A stretch of 63,068 bases of DNA, counting the filler, from Rhabdomonas costata (Eukaryota), in assembly GCA_019059605.1 (NCBI GenBank). It is 34 parts of 34 records of this genome, joined end to end, with 100 filler letters (N's around TTAATTAATTAA, not from the genome) between each part and the next. Parts side by side here need not be neighbours in the genome. Positions count along the whole stretch, not along the records: positions 13,005 to 14,762 come from JAHMHO010009493.1; positions 14,863 to 16,619 come from JAHMHO010009494.1; positions 16,720 to 18,477 come from JAHMHO010009495.1; positions 18,578 to 20,335 come from JAHMHO010009496.1; positions 20,436 to 22,193 come from JAHMHO010009497.1; positions 22,294 to 24,057 come from JAHMHO010009498.1; positions 24,158 to 25,915 come from JAHMHO010009499.1; positions 26,016 to 27,773 come from JAHMHO010009500.1; 26 more parts are not named here. One strand, given 5' to 3'. Shown in pieces: positions 13,185 through 27,961 of the stretch. A program made the translations under genes and the position numbers. The notes beneath the pieces are model-generated. The model was not told the DNA's origin and did no database searches. It saw nothing but the letters and a program-made list of their open reading frames with translations. The number at the start of each line of letters is the position of its first letter. Positions within the stretch are counted from its first letter, which is position 1.

Positions 13185-14536
13185 ATGGGATAAGTCCGAG
13201 AAGGCCGTCTCCGTGCTCCGCGAGAGAGTGCGGAGGTTCGGGGCTGCTTTGGCGGAGTCCCCTCCAGACTCTGCCCTGGCCCCAAGCTTCTACCCCGTTC
13301 GAGCAGCATCCATGCTGTGCGAGATTTACATGCAGAAGGGCTCGTTTCGGGTCAGAGTCCTCCTTCTCAACTCATCTGTTGCCTTACCGTTTTTTTTCCC
13401 TTGGCTTTCCGTCCCTTTCCTTTCGAATGCCCACCGGTCAAGCAGCTTTGTCGGCATGCCTAGTCAGGTGACACCTGTTTTTATACTCTGCAGCTTTTAC
13501 TTTAATTCCTGACCGTTCTCTTTTCATTCATATTCATTTGTCTCTTAAACAGCTTCTCTTGTGCGGTCCAACGCTAGTTGAGAGGGGGGGGCGTTGGTAA
13601 TTGTTATTCTCAGTAGCAGTCAATGAAATCTGATGCTAGGGCGCAGGAAGACGGGGCAAGAAGGATAGGAAAAAGGGGAGAGGGTTCACATATGCAAAGA
13701 TCCCCCCCCCGAATCATCACTTTGACGGTTATCAGTCGCGTTTATGATTGTCATTACCTCCCAACTAGCATTGCGCGCTCTAACCAGGTCTGTTTTCCTG
13801 TAAATGCGGAAAGTCTCCGCACCCTGTTGGGTTGCCTTGTACTCTGAAATGAAATGTTTTGCAGCTTTTTTGTCCCACTATTTAATTTCATTCTTTCTGA
13901 CCCCCCTCTTTCCATTCCATCGTCTAACACGTTCTCCCTGTTCTCGTCTTTGTCCTGTGTGGCAGGAAGCGGTGGAAGTGATTTCCACCACAGTGATCCC
14001 CGCCTTTCGGTGCACGTTGGTGGACCTTCCCATGGACTTTCTGTCGAAATACACAATCTGCCTTCTCTATCTTGACCAGCTGGATCTCGCCGAGAGGCTG
14101 ATGACCGAAACCCTCCTCAAGAAGTGGCCCCCCAGCGACTCGGTGTGGCATCAGCGATACACCAAAATGCCCCACGGTCTCTGTTACCCTAACTCGTCGT
14201 CAGATCCATTTCGACATTTTTCTCTCCTTCTTTGGTTCTTTGATTTCGTTTGTTTTTGCCCGGCTCACCACTTTTCGATCGATGTTCAAGCGCTCCCTTC
14301 CAATTTCTGTGCTGGTTCTTATCCTCCTCCAGGTTTGCCATCCTGAGGCGTACTATGACCTTGCCTCCCACTTGATGCTTGTGGGGGAGCCTCGGAAGGC
14401 ACTGGACATGCTTTGGCCGCTGCTGGGCCACCCCACGCTGGACCAAGCCAACCTGCACTTCCAGGCCGGAAAGTGCCACCAGGTCGTGGGGGACCACCGC
14501 GCTGCCTTGGGATGCCTGCGAGAAGCGCTGCATCTG
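13185..14536 (+). CDS. TPR protein, possibly TFIIIC subunit Tfc4/GTF3C3-like, partial
   Basis: Exons 13185-13350, 13966-14142 and 14333-about 14536 splice in frame; LPMDFLSKYTICLLYL and YYDLASHLMLVGEPRKALDML look like TPR helices. Confidence 0.55.
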
Positions 14537-14875
14537 GTCCATCTCCTTATCCCTCACCCCTTGGTGCTCCGATTACTAACAAATGTGAATCTGTTGCGCG
14601 GACAGTTACACTGAGAGGGGTGGGGTGCTCGAGAATCTGCGGTTTCGAATGGCGTGGCGTTCGCCTTGCTTTGCTCTGCTTAAATTCGTATCTTAGAACC
14701 CGAAGCTGGAACCTGCCGTTCCCACCCGAGAGGCCACAGGCTCAATTGGAGCCCCCAAACCCNNNNNNNNNNNNNNNNNNNNNNNNNNNNNNNNNNNNNN
14801 NNNNNNTTAATTAATTAANNNNNNNNNNNNNNNNNNNNNNNNNNNNNNNNNNNNNNNNNNNNGTGGGTTGGGTGT

Positions 14876-15027
14876 GGGGAGAACAGAAAAAGAAGCAGCG
14901 CAGCTGTGTCAAGAAGTGAAACGTCAAAAGCCACTTCAAGTTTTGCTTCCCAATAAACGAAACTTGAAGTGGCTTTTGACGTTTCACTTCTTGACACAGC
15001 TGCGCTGCTTCTTTTTCTGTTCTCCCC
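14876..15027. repeat. Perfect inverted repeat (68-nt arms, 16-nt spacer)
   Basis: 14876-14943 is the exact reverse complement of 14960-15027. Confidence 0.95.
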
Positions 15028-15079
15028 TCGCCGCTGCCGTTTCCTTCTCCTCGGCTGTCACAACACACAGGAGGACGGC

Positions 15080-16521
<1,442 letters not shown>

Positions 16522-17203
16522 TTTGGAGGAGTATTGGCGAAGCCGAGGGCAAGCGCGGGAAGCAGCCGATCCGCGAAGAAGAAGGGTTCTCAGAGCAGCT
16601 CCGGGAGCCACAACAAACCNNNNNNNNNNNNNNNNNNNNNNNNNNNNNNNNNNNNNNNNNNNNTTAATTAATTAANNNNNNNNNNNNNNNNNNNNNNNNN
16701 NNNNNNNNNNNNNNNNNNNGGTGCGAGTGGGGCACCCTGGAGGGTTGAGCGGCTGAGCTGCTCCAGGACCCGCTCCGTCTCGGCGCCGCAGAGGAGGATG
16801 GGCCGACGGGATAGTCCAGCGGCGCGGTGCACGCCGAGGCACGCGAGTGTGTAAGCGTGGTGCTTTCTCACTCCGCCATAAAGGGGTCGGGGTGCGGCGA
16901 AGGCCGTCAGCGAGGTCAGCATGTCCGAGAGAGCGAGGGCGCGGTCCACCAAGGTGGCGACGAAGCTTGGGGAAGAAGGAGACATGCGTTGAGGAGGGAG
17001 ACGTCCCCTTAGTATCTGAGGAGCGTCACCCAGGGAGGGCGATCAGCCCTCCCGTGCTTCAGGCTCGGCCCGCCCGTGCCCGTGCGCTGGGGAAGAAGGA
17101 GGAAGCAGCCAAGGTCCTCACTCCTTTATCCCTGATGCTATTCCGACTGCGTCCAGGATGGTGAGGCTGGGAAAGAATCTAGAAGAGGCAAATGCTTGCA
17201 TTC

Positions 17204-17325
17204 CTGGTGCCCGACTCGGAGGCCAACCGGAGCATGAGCTCGTGCGGCAGGCGGTCGAAGCACTTCGCGTAATCCAGAAGGATGCCGGCCAGCTCAGTGT
17301 TGGTGAGCAACGCGTCCTCGTTCCT
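17204..17325 (-). mobile_element. Non-LTR retrotransposon reverse-transcriptase fragment
   Basis: EDALLTNTELAGILLDYAKCFDRLPHELMLRLASESG matches the LINE RT motif LD..K.FD...H; the flanks are not open. Confidence 0.65.
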
Positions 17326-19399
17326 TGGCCCCGAGGATTTCCGTCCATCACCGTCAGCATCAAATACCAGTTACACATTTATCACTGTTTTACGTCCAAC
17401 ACCCGCTACCGCTACCGGGTGTTAAACGACCGCCTAGGAACTGTTAGACGGGCACCCCCCACACACACATACACACAGACGCAAACACACATCAACGGTG
17501 CATCCCCCGCTGAAAGATCGGAAAACACACCTCATAACTTTGAGGAAGGGTAGCGGGTTTGGGGAGACTTTTCCAGTTTCACGTAAAGGTTTTTTTCATC
17601 AGCACAACGCGCATTACACCGAACACAACCGGAAGAACCAGACACAGTGGCACACTACATTTCCACATTGCTGCAAGATTTAGAACCATTCTTCGGATCT
17701 TCGGCGGGGTGAAAAACTGACAACAAGGCATTTTCACGGGGGCGAAGAGTGGCAGGGGACATCACCCTGCTGAAGACGATGACAATGCATAACGGTCCGT
17801 GGAGACCAGGTTCAATCGGGTGGCATTCTTCAAACTGTGCTTTGCGTAAGTACCCTAATTTTTCACAGGCAGCGCTGAGCTTTCAAGCCCCCTCTCCGTT
17901 TTCATTCTTAAGTCTGACAACAGCTAACGGTTCCCGCGTGGATTTTCTATTGTAAGGGGCATCGCCCAACCCAGCGCCCAGCCGGAATCGATGCCATTCC
18001 CACGGACTGCACAGAACAGGAGGTTCGGGAGGCAGCACACCACGGCAGCCACTACACTTCACACCGTAAAGCCACACTCAGTCCCCAAGGGACAACCCAG
18101 CTCCAGGAGAGGTGCACAGGATGGAGTGGGTTCACAGGAGGAGAGGAGGGGAAACAGAAAGATTGAGAACAACTAACCGCGACGTTGTCACCTGCGCAAA
18201 GCGTCACAATGGGTTCCCCAACCTCTCGCCAAAGGCAGAGACCGGTTGTCACATGAACGCGAGAGCTGCGAAAGTCCTCTCCTGCCGAGGACCAAGACCC
18301 CACCTTATGAAGTCCGAACCCTACTCTTAGGATAGCCACACAACGTGCCGGCGAAGGGTTCTCACTTCATTGGCGCATTCTGACACAAAGTACAAGCACC
18401 AAAGCTGCAAACCCGGAGCCAAGAAGACCAAGCCACATTTTAAGGGAGTCCAACTCCCGGGTCAGAGCCAAAACCACNNNNNNNNNNNNNNNNNNNNNNN
18501 NNNNNNNNNNNNNNNNNNNNNTTAATTAATTAANNNNNNNNNNNNNNNNNNNNNNNNNNNNNNNNNNNNNNNNNNNNTTTGTTTGTTGCGTTAGAAAAAG
18601 TGTCACATTCAATGTATCGTGACAACGACGCGCCGGTTGCATCAAAAATAAAATACTTCTGATGCAGTCCTCTATCTCCGTTTGACGCGTCGTTTGCGGT
18701 TTCACGACTAAGCCGCCACGCATGGTTGTTCCGCTTTTCTATGGAAGACGTTGCGAATGTTGAGATCTTGGTGTTGTCAGCCGAACGTGTGCAGCCAATG
18801 GTCAGCCGTTCGGCCCAGAATCCACCAACCTCACACAATAAGCGATTACCAAAACGAAGTATGTGTCCCCCCCTTCTCTCTGTTTTTCTCTGTCTCACTG
18901 TCTCTTTCTCTCTCCCCCTCCCTCCCAGTTCGCATGTTTGTGTACTTCGCCTTTCCCGTTTCTGTGTGACCTCTCCTTTTGCCTTCGTGCTGTTTGTTAT
19001 TTTGCCGCAGCCCTGCGCCGCGGCGCCGATCACACATGCATTCCGTTTTGCACTAGTTCTTTTTTGTCATGCTCTCGCGGGTTTTTCTGGTACCCTCGCC
19101 CCCCGCACCAGCACTCGCAGCACCATGCGGACGCTTGTTCCATACCCTTCTTTTTTGCCCCATGTGCGGTCCCGGAACACTTCGAGCGGCGAAGGGCGGT
19201 GGTGTTCATCCACCATCTTTTTGACATCTCTTCCCTTCAAAAAGAGAACAACCGCTTCATGTGGACGATTTTGCTCAATTAGGGGCGCATGCGCGGAGGG
19301 CTGGCATTCCCAAAACGCGGCCCCATTACGCTTTTCGGACACGGATGACCTTCATCCCGCCGAATTTCTGACACCGAACCCCGGAACCAAGAAGGCCGA

Positions 19400-20335
19400 C
19401 GCGAAAATCCCAACATACCCAAACTTTCACCCACCCCCGCTCCACTCTAACCCAGCCGCCATTCCACAACCCAGGCCCGCACTACCATCGAACCGTGTCG
19501 CCAAGACCATCACAAACCACGACCAAAGCCAAATGCCCAGGCAAGGGAAAAAGGACCGGCAATACTCTACCCTCGCAGCTGCACCTTATCATGGCGTGGG
19601 ACTGGAAATGAACGTATACCCAGGGACACAGAGGGCAAGCACCGGCAGAAAGCATCTTATATTCTGGCGCCCGCATCGTTCGTGTAAGGTGGCATCCGGC
19701 TGCTGTCTGTACTCCTTTACGCGCTTGGTGTACCATACCATAGCGGTAGGGTTATGTGGCATAAGCAAAACTAAACGGGCCATACGGAAAACCAAGGAAG
19801 CACGTCAAGGGTCCTGAAAGGAACCTTCAGAGCAGGGCAAATGAAGGGATCCACATCATCAGGGAGGTTCCTGCGCCACTGGAACTCCTTGACATTGGCT
19901 TCTGGGAGGTCCCCAGGCGCAGCGGAGAAAGGCCTTGAGGGCACCCCAAGTTACATCAATCAGTCCTGATATTACGATGGAGCCGTTCCTTACGAGTAAA
20001 TTACCCACTTGAGTGATCTACGGAAGCCCAGGAGAGGCCATATTCCTTCATACGCCCTGACACCATCGGTAAAAAGATAGGAGCCAGGAGCAATCTTGTC
20101 CACTAAAGGGCGGACATCGCGAATGGTTGGCGGACCTTTTCATAGGCCTGTATGAAGATCATACCCGTAGATCTGTCATACAGACCTCTGAAGTCACCCT
20201 TTACATCAGTGTCGCGGCCATGTAGGCCATTTCTCTTCATCCCGACCTCACACTCATCGGCCTCGACCTCCAGGCCTTTACCCACAAAGGGGGTCACATC
20301 AGAATGAGCAGCTTCCCAGTTGATGACACACACCC
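19400..20335 (-). mobile_element. Decayed LINE-like ORF2 relic
   Basis: Frame-shifted remnants in RT order: IFIQAYEKV, GCPQGLSP and a DD-like motif, with many stops. Confidence 0.5.
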
Positions 20336-20845
20336 NNNNNNNNNNNNNNNNNNNNNNNNNNNNNNNNNNNNNNNNNNNNTTAATTAATTAANNNNNNNNN
20401 NNNNNNNNNNNNNNNNNNNNNNNNNNNNNNNNNNNAACCCCCCCCCCCCACACACACAAAGAACTTTTTACTTTACTACAAACTGTGAACAATGCTGCCA
20501 CTTCCCATTTCGGCTAAGAGGAAGAAAATATCTTGACGAAAAAGGCTTTGAACCAGCACCTGAAAAAGTTGAAGAAATAAAAACAAACGAACAACGTTTA
20601 ACGTTTCAAGTGCTTCGCAGATGCCATCTTGTTTTTGGGCAGTATTTTGAACCAAATTATGAACCAACATTTTAAGCCACCTAACGCCGACCAGCAAAAC
20701 AACCCAGAAACATGACAACCCACAAATACGTTTCGCTGCGATTGCGGTTCATTGACAGCTAAAGCTGAAAAAACAGTTGGAGGGCAAAGCATGGGGGAGG
20801 CGAGGGCATTTTAACTTGTTGCTCTCCGGACTCCTCCATGGCAAC

Positions 20846-21850
20846 CGAGTGAGCGCGCAGTGCGAAGCGGAGAGCTTTCTCAGCCAGGACATCACTGTCG
20901 AATAAAAGGGAGGGGGCACCCGACGGGGCACAAACCAAAAAGACGGAAAGAAGCAATTCAAAAGTTGTGGCCCACAGGGCACGGCTCGCGGGGACACGAA
21001 ACCAAGCAGCACCACAACAGGCCGAGCGTGAGAGTTCATAAAATTCTGACCCGGCCACACGGCGCTTCGGGAGGCCTGCTGCAAGTACCCCAGAAAAGAC
21101 CCCAGGCCAGCGTCGACGTAGCCCCCAGAGAGGATCGGTTCAACAACTGGAGCATTCCCTTTATCTTGCTCGAGAACGTTTCATGAAAAAACGGCACACG
21201 GAAATAAGAAAGATCTGTGGGTAGGGTCGCGGAAACACACAAAGAAGAGTAAATGTGAAGGTGGATCAAACCAAACAACCCTGGAAACTTCATACAAAAA
21301 AGGACCTTTTCGCACCACAGTGGGTTGAGTGGGGTTGGGTGGGGGCAATGGAAGACAGCAGGTATACCGCAGATTGGGCTGAGATCGGCCAGGTCGGGGT
21401 TGTTGGACAGCACTGCGGCATTGAAACAGAAACGGGACGGGACGGGTACAGGAACACATGGGTGCAGGAACAATGGACGGGCTGCGACCGGTGTATCTTC
21501 GCTCGAGAGTTGAGCGCGCCGTTTTGCACCAGACTTGTTGTTTGCTCTCATATGACCCACACAATGATGGATGTGAAACAAAGGGTCAAAATTTCGAAGA
21601 CTTAAAAGAGGATAGCGAAACATTTCCCAGCGACAGCCTTGTTATTACCAAACACCCGCACTTCTTTTGTCCGGCGTGTTGCTATGTGCGGTGGTGGGGG
21701 TGGGGTTACCCAGGGTGTTCAACTTGCGCAGAGCGGCCGCGCCCTGCACAGAGCGCAGTAGGTTGTTGCTGAGCACTAGGGCCCCCAGGGAGGGCACAGT
21801 GGTGCTCACCTCGGCTAGGTCAGCAAGCTTATTGTGGGAGGCGTTCAGTA
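20846..21850 (-). CDS. Leucine-rich repeat protein, partial
   Basis: Three GT-AG-bounded exons: LNASHNKLADL...LVLSNNLLRSV...LRKLNTL|VLSNNPDLADL|...LRKLSASHCAL. Confidence 0.75.
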
Positions 21851-23930
21851 CTGAAAGGGAGCGGGGGAAAGGGAAAAGTGGTGGTAGGCAATGGGAACGC
21901 AATGAGTTTCGAGTGATTTATCGTGACTTAATGTCACAAGACGTTAAGTTTAACAGTTGTCAGTGTCCAAAGACCATCACAGAAGAAGAGCGGTAAGACA
22001 AAGTTATCAAGAGACGGTGACAGTAAGGGTTTCCAAACCCAAAGAAAAAGAACAACGTAGATGACATGGGAAAGTGCACCAGGCGTGATTTAACCCTCAG
22101 CGACGTTACTAGCCCAATCGGTGATCATAAAAGGAGCGTCATGATGCGCCATTTACCAAACAAACTGCAGTGGGATGAAGAAGCGGGAGGAATNNNNNNN
22201 NNNNNNNNNNNNNNNNNNNNNNNNNNNNNNNNNNNNNTTAATTAATTAANNNNNNNNNNNNNNNNNNNNNNNNNNNNNNNNNNNNNNNNNNNNGTGGTGG
22301 GTGTGTTTGGTTGGGGTTGGAGATGACAAAGCCCGGAGAGATGTTCAGAAGAATCGCTTGTGCCTGCCGTTGTTCTCCTTCACCTGGCCTTGGTGGCCCC
22401 AGAATGGGTGAGTTGCTAGGCCTCAGCATATCTAAGGGCGTGGGTCCGGGTTTTGCGCCATGACTCCAAATATCGAAAGGGGGGCGAACACCTTGCTTTC
22501 CCTTTCCACTTTGAAGCACGGGCTCCTGTCGAGCATTTGGCCGGCGCTTTGTGGTGCCCACCGACGAAGGGTGACACACTGAAGGCAGGCAGTGTGCGGT
22601 ATTTGCTGGCCAACTCACCGCTGCCGCCCACAGGCTCCCGAACATTATGTAGCGCGACGCACGTCGCACTGACTTTGCTCAAGCATTCCTGTACCATGGA
22701 GGGGCCCCTTTTTGTTGTGAAAGGACTGAGGTGGAAGTGTCGGTGCATGGATGCTCCATGGTTTTTCTGCTTGGAATGGTCATTTGTCGTTGAATTCGAA
22801 GGTGCGTTTGCTCCCATCCGAGCGGGGTCACGCAGTGGCGAGCAAGGCCCCGGAAAGGGGAGGTGGTCGCGTCTTCCCAGGCAAAGTGCATTTGCAGAAT
22901 CCCTCTCCCTTTCTCTCTCTGTTTTCTAATGATAGTTTTTTTTGCCTGTTTCTTCTGTTTCTCCGTTTTTCAACAGCGCGGGGCTAACTTATTGACCTTT
23001 TGACGCAAAAAGTTTGCACCCTCTTGCGCACGTTTTCTTCTGTACTTAGTTTGTATAGGTCTACCACGCCCATCCCCACCTAACCCACTGCCGCACCTTT
23101 TTCCCGTCCCTGCCGTGGGTGGGTGGGTTTGGATGGGTGCGGTGGTCTGTCTCTTCTTCCTGTCCCCGCCCCAGTCGCCGCGGTGTGGGGCAGTCCCGTG
23201 GTTTATTTCTTCGTTTTTGGCTTCGACGTGCGAGGCGTCGGGCGCCAAGGCCACGTGGACCCGAACGTTGTCACTCAGCGGTCTTCGTTTATTTCTCTGC
23301 CGGAGGTACAGTAGGTATTTTCGCGTGGCAGAAGGAACCGTTCGCACTTTACGGGCCCTGCGCACCAACGTGCCCACCAACAAAGATCACCACCAGCACT
23401 CTTCCACAATAGCCCTGGCCCCCGTTTTACTGGGCCGCGCTCAACGCACATCGTTTCGGCAAGCCTTATGGCTGAGTTGCGCCCCCTTTTTATTTTTGGC
23501 AGGCCGCCCTTTTGATCCCCATCCGCCCGTTGCACCCCCGAAGTTATAAGCCCAAGTGCCGTGAATCGCCACCCCTTTATTTGAAGGCTTCCCCCCTTGC
23601 GGCTTTGATTTTATTTTTTCTGTAAGGCACCCCACAAAAGCAAATCATCCCAAATCGATCTGAAAGAAGAAACTGTTTCTTCCGCCCGGCGGTTGACGAA
23701 GCAAAGTTCTAAGAAAGGAAATTCCAAGCGGGCGGCCGAAGGCAATGGCAAAAAAGAGGGCGTCACCTGTAGGGTGGCGTAAGGTTAGGCATCGGGGTTG
23801 TGGGCGGGCTCGGTCTCCCGAACCTCGTCCCGGGCCGTCCGGGCCCGGTTTACGGAAACTTACTTTTACAAAATACTTCGCTGAGTTTAAAGTCCGCGCT
23901 AACCCAACCCCAAAACAAAAGTGTTAGAAG

Positions 23931-23934
<4 letters not shown>

Positions 23935-23974
<40 letters not shown>
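23935..23974 (+). repeat. (CA)n microsatellite; similar tracts at about 36305 (GTGC)n and at 39566 and 45035 (TG)n
   Basis: Read directly from the sequence. Confidence 0.95.
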
Positions 23975-23976
<2 letters not shown>

Positions 23977-25139
23977 GCAAGCGCAAAGCAAAACAAAGGC
24001 AAAAACAGCAGCACCAGCATCAATGAAGGCACACGCACATGGTGCATACCACCCACANNNNNNNNNNNNNNNNNNNNNNNNNNNNNNNNNNNNNNNNNNN
24101 NTTAATTAATTAANNNNNNNNNNNNNNNNNNNNNNNNNNNNNNNNNNNNNNNNNNNNGGCGTGGAACCCGAAACAGAGAAAGTGGGTTAGGGGTGGTGTG
24201 TGTATATGGAGCAGTGACGATGAAACCCGAGGGAGGGAATGTCGGAGGAAGAGACAACAAGAGAAAGACACAGCTGAACTTTGCTTTGCTTCTTCGGAGA
24301 AGGGGGTGTGCGTGGGTGTGGGTGTGCTGAGCCACACAGACAAAGGCGGCGGATTTTTACGTTATTGTGAGTATGTTGACACCTGACAGGGACCGTCTCT
24401 GGTAGACCGATCGAAGCAATGGGCAAATGTCCCAGAACGCCGAGAACGCCCAGAATATGCGTTGTACCGTCAGGGTAAGCAAGCAGGCAAGCAGAAATCT
24501 CTCCATGGAAGCACAGAGAAACACTCTTATCACAAGTGCAATCCGACCAAAGAATCATAGACGTCTGCCGTCGTCAACGCAAAAGTGCCGGATTACGATA
24601 AATTAAAGGAATAAAGTAGCATTCAACCAAGGTAACCGGTAAAACGTCGCATTGCCAAAAGGGAATGACAAATGACGCCCCATCTCACCAGAGCTATGAA
24701 CTGTGTTCCAGGGAAAAGGTAGAAAATAATTCCAAAAACCCGCTTTTCCTGCTCTTTCATGACGTTCTGCGCACCATCGTGATGGATTGATTGAAATGTT
24801 CAGAGTGCAAAGTTCAGCACCGAAAAACAGGACAGCAAGACACGGCAGACACACAGCAGATGACGCAGCGTTCACACTGCGAGCACATGCCAACATACAT
24901 AGCGGACAGACTCCGCTGTCCTCCGCCACAATCGTGAACGCGTCAGCGCTTTAAGACTTCAGCTTCCTACGGAGAAAAGCATCCAGACCCAAAGGAATGC
25001 CGAATCCTGCACTTGTCTACGCTAGATGATTTTACAACAGCAGCAAAAGAGAAGCCCATGACAGTCTGCGATAGGCTCTGTGTCCGGTCTCTGAGACTCC
25101 ACACTCCTTCTTTGTGGGCTGGGGCCGGAAACAACCCTT

Positions 25140-25410
25140 TGAGCTTTTACTTCGGGTAAACGGACTGCACTGGTATCTACTGGCGTTCCCGTCCAGCACA
25201 TCACTCTATAGATGCATTGCGGTATGTTCTTCCGCTGAAACTGCTCTTCCTCGGGGTTGCCTCACTGACTCTTTGTCCTGGTGCGAGTACCGTCGATTCC
25301 CGTAGGTGGTAGCATAAGGGCAAAGCTCAATGATCCGCTTCTGCCTCTGCGCAGTGGGTCTGTCTCAGCGCGGGTTCGTTCCAGCAGCTCCTCCCTTATG
25401 TGTGTGTGCC
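25140..25410 (+). pseudogene. Degraded BTB/POZ-domain gene copy
   Basis: FG*TDCT...PAHHSIDALR...SAGSFQQLLPYV with in-frame stops; nucleotide similarity to 45360-45605. Confidence 0.45.
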
Positions 25411-27329
25411 TGTGTGTCCGCGTCGAACCAGAATGCGGAGGGGTCCTGGCTGTGCGGGAAAAGCCGGGCCCACAGTGTGCGCTTGCTGTGGGCGTGCTGC
25501 ACGGCCAGTAGGGCGGAGTGCTGCTCCGCCAGGAGATCGTCCTTCATCAACTCCTCAAACTCCGCCAGCCCGACGTCTTGCTCCGGGTTTAGGCCGGCCT
25601 GCGAGGGCATGGAACATTTCCACGAACATGCAGATACGCAGACGCACACCAGGAGCGAAAAGCGCCGCTAGCAGCGCAACAGATCTTCAAGAATACCACG
25701 GATAACTACAAACTACTATCATCATCGGCACGCCCGCTCACTTACGTCTCAGCACCACCAACGACGGTGAAGCCAACAGAGTCAACAACATACAAGGATC
25801 CAAGGCAGTGCACTTGCCAAAAGGTTGCAGGCGAACAAAACAGGGGTGCAAGCAAGACAGGCAACTTTGGCTCTGAGCACCTGCCCGACACAAGCAAGGC
25901 TGCCACAACAAAATGNNNNNNNNNNNNNNNNNNNNNNNNNNNNNNNNNNNNNNNNNNNNTTAATTAATTAANNNNNNNNNNNNNNNNNNNNNNNNNNNNN
26001 NNNNNNNNNNNNNNNTGTGGGGTGTGACTTCGAACTATTTTTATTTCAAGCTGTTTGTCATTCAAGGGTACGCTGGCTGAGGGCGTACCGCTTGCTGGGC
26101 TTGCAGATAATGGGGGATAGAATTATTTGAAGGCGTAGGCGAGCGGCTGCGGCGGTCGAGCCGCGTCAGCGGCGAGGCCAGCCCGCGGCTATTTAAATGG
26201 TAAGCGCAGAATGGTAGCACAGTATTCAGGTTGCAAATCAGACCAATAAAGGTACTGATCACGAAGACTTGAAAGGGCACTCGCTCAACGGGCGAGGCCA
26301 TGTTGATTACCCAGTTCGGGAACAGCGGCGAAATTCTCAAGAACAGCATCCACGAGAAAAGGCTCTCTCGGTGAAGCTGAACCTGCGGGGAACGAAGACA
26401 TGCCAACTCAAGGGGATTCCCGTTGCCGTGAAGAATTCAACACGAACATCCCTGCGACATTGGGGCGTCTATTCACCGCGGGAGAAGCAGGCAGAAGCTC
26501 CTCACCGTGGTGCAAATATTGTCCGAGCTTGTAATTGCTCGTATACGCCACCAGAGCAATTGATAAACTTGACACCAGAGCTGTCAAGTCAAGTGAGTTT
26601 CTGTCCTGTCCTGTCCTATGCGGCGCCGCCGGAAGGGGGAAGCGAATAATCGGGAGAATCACGGAAATCTGGTTGATTGATGGCAGATCTCAATCATTAC
26701 GTCTGCATTTTTCTTCTTTGAGGTAGAGACAATGAATTTTTTGTCCTGGGGTTGTCTTGAACGTTCCTGAGTCAGGTGCTTTTTTTTTACACCTGAAAAA
26801 GACGACAGCGTTTGCTGAATCTTTTCAGTTGTGTCCAAGAAAGTTATGATGGCGGTCACAAAAAGACGTTAGCGAACGCTATGCCCAGGAAGGGGGCGGA
26901 CCAAGCCAAATGAGAAGGTGGCAGTGCCTAACCCTTACAGCATGTCGGTTCCTGGTTTCGTAGAGTGTGTTGGTCAGGTGGTTGCGTATGTCGTGTTGTT
27001 CTTCTGTGGAGTAGGTGTGCCTGCGTGCAGTAGTTTCTCCAGTGGTGCAGAAGGTGACATGGGTTGTGGTTGTGGGGTGTCGTTTGGCTTCTGTGGTTGG
27101 TCATGCTGTCCTCTCCTGTGCTCTCCTCTCAAGGTGGGAAGTTATCATAAACAGGAGTACATCTGTGCATGGGGAATACACGTAACATTATGACCGAGCC
27201 TTTTTCCATCCCTCTCAATGGTACAATTTTTCTTTCCACTGTTCACTACATAGCAGAGTTCTTTATACCCTACAATAAACTCCCTTTTTCCCTCGCCACC
27301 CTGTCCCTTTTTCAAATTCGCTGAACAAG

Positions 27330-27601
27330 ATGCTCTCCAAGCTTCGCTTTGTGGCCCCTGCCCGCCGCGTCGCCGCGGTGCGCTTCGCCGGTACCACCAG
27401 CCCTTACTTCAACATTAAGAGGAACGCCCAGGGGGACAAGTACATGGAGGTCAACATCACTGGGGTGTCTGCACTGCGGCTGTGCCAGATCAACAAGGGC
27501 GCGGCGTTCCCCGAGGATGAGCGCGAGGCGCTGAAGCTGGATGGCCTGCTTCCGCCCGCGGTGAAGACGATGGAGCAGCAGGTGGACAACAATCTCCGCC
27601 G
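27330..27601 (+). CDS. Malic enzyme with mitochondrial-type presequence, first exon
   Basis: Arg/Ala-rich N-terminus followed by NKGAAFPEDEREALKLDGLLPP, the malic-enzyme N-terminal signature; GTGTGT donor. Confidence 0.88.
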
Positions 27602-27961
27602 GTGTGTGTTTGTGAGGGGGGGCTTGTGGTCTCGCGCAGTTTATTCTGAGGGTGTAGAAAAATTTCTGCTTTCTTTGTGGACTTGAAACCGGCTAACCTC
27701 CAGTCACCTGCCCGCCTGCAAAGTCCCGCAGTCCTTCTTCACCGCCTTGGCGGAGCTCGCAAAGGTCTGCCCTNNNNNNNNNNNNNNNNNNNNNNNNNNN
27801 NNNNNNNNNNNNNNNNNTTAATTAATTAANNNNNNNNNNNNNNNNNNNNNNNNNNNNNNNNNNNNNNNNNNNNGTGGTGGGTGTGTTTGGGTGTTGTGGG
27901 GAAGAGGCAAGCGAACCAATGGAGAGGGGAGAGAGAAAAGAGCTGTGCACTGGGTGCTCAC

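Noticed and set aside
18726..19817. Longest ORF in the track (363 aa)
   Set aside because: Low-complexity translation with no motifs; its distal part is antisense to the LINE relic
22294..27890. G/T-only contig starts and C/A-only ends, with identical GTGGTGGGTGTGTTTGG at 22294 and 27874, read as telomere-like caps of gene-sized chromosomes
   Set aside because: Contigs break in the middle of genes, and the motif shares TGGGTGTGTTTGG with G/T-only whole-genome-amplification primers (recalled), so it is most likely library-derived
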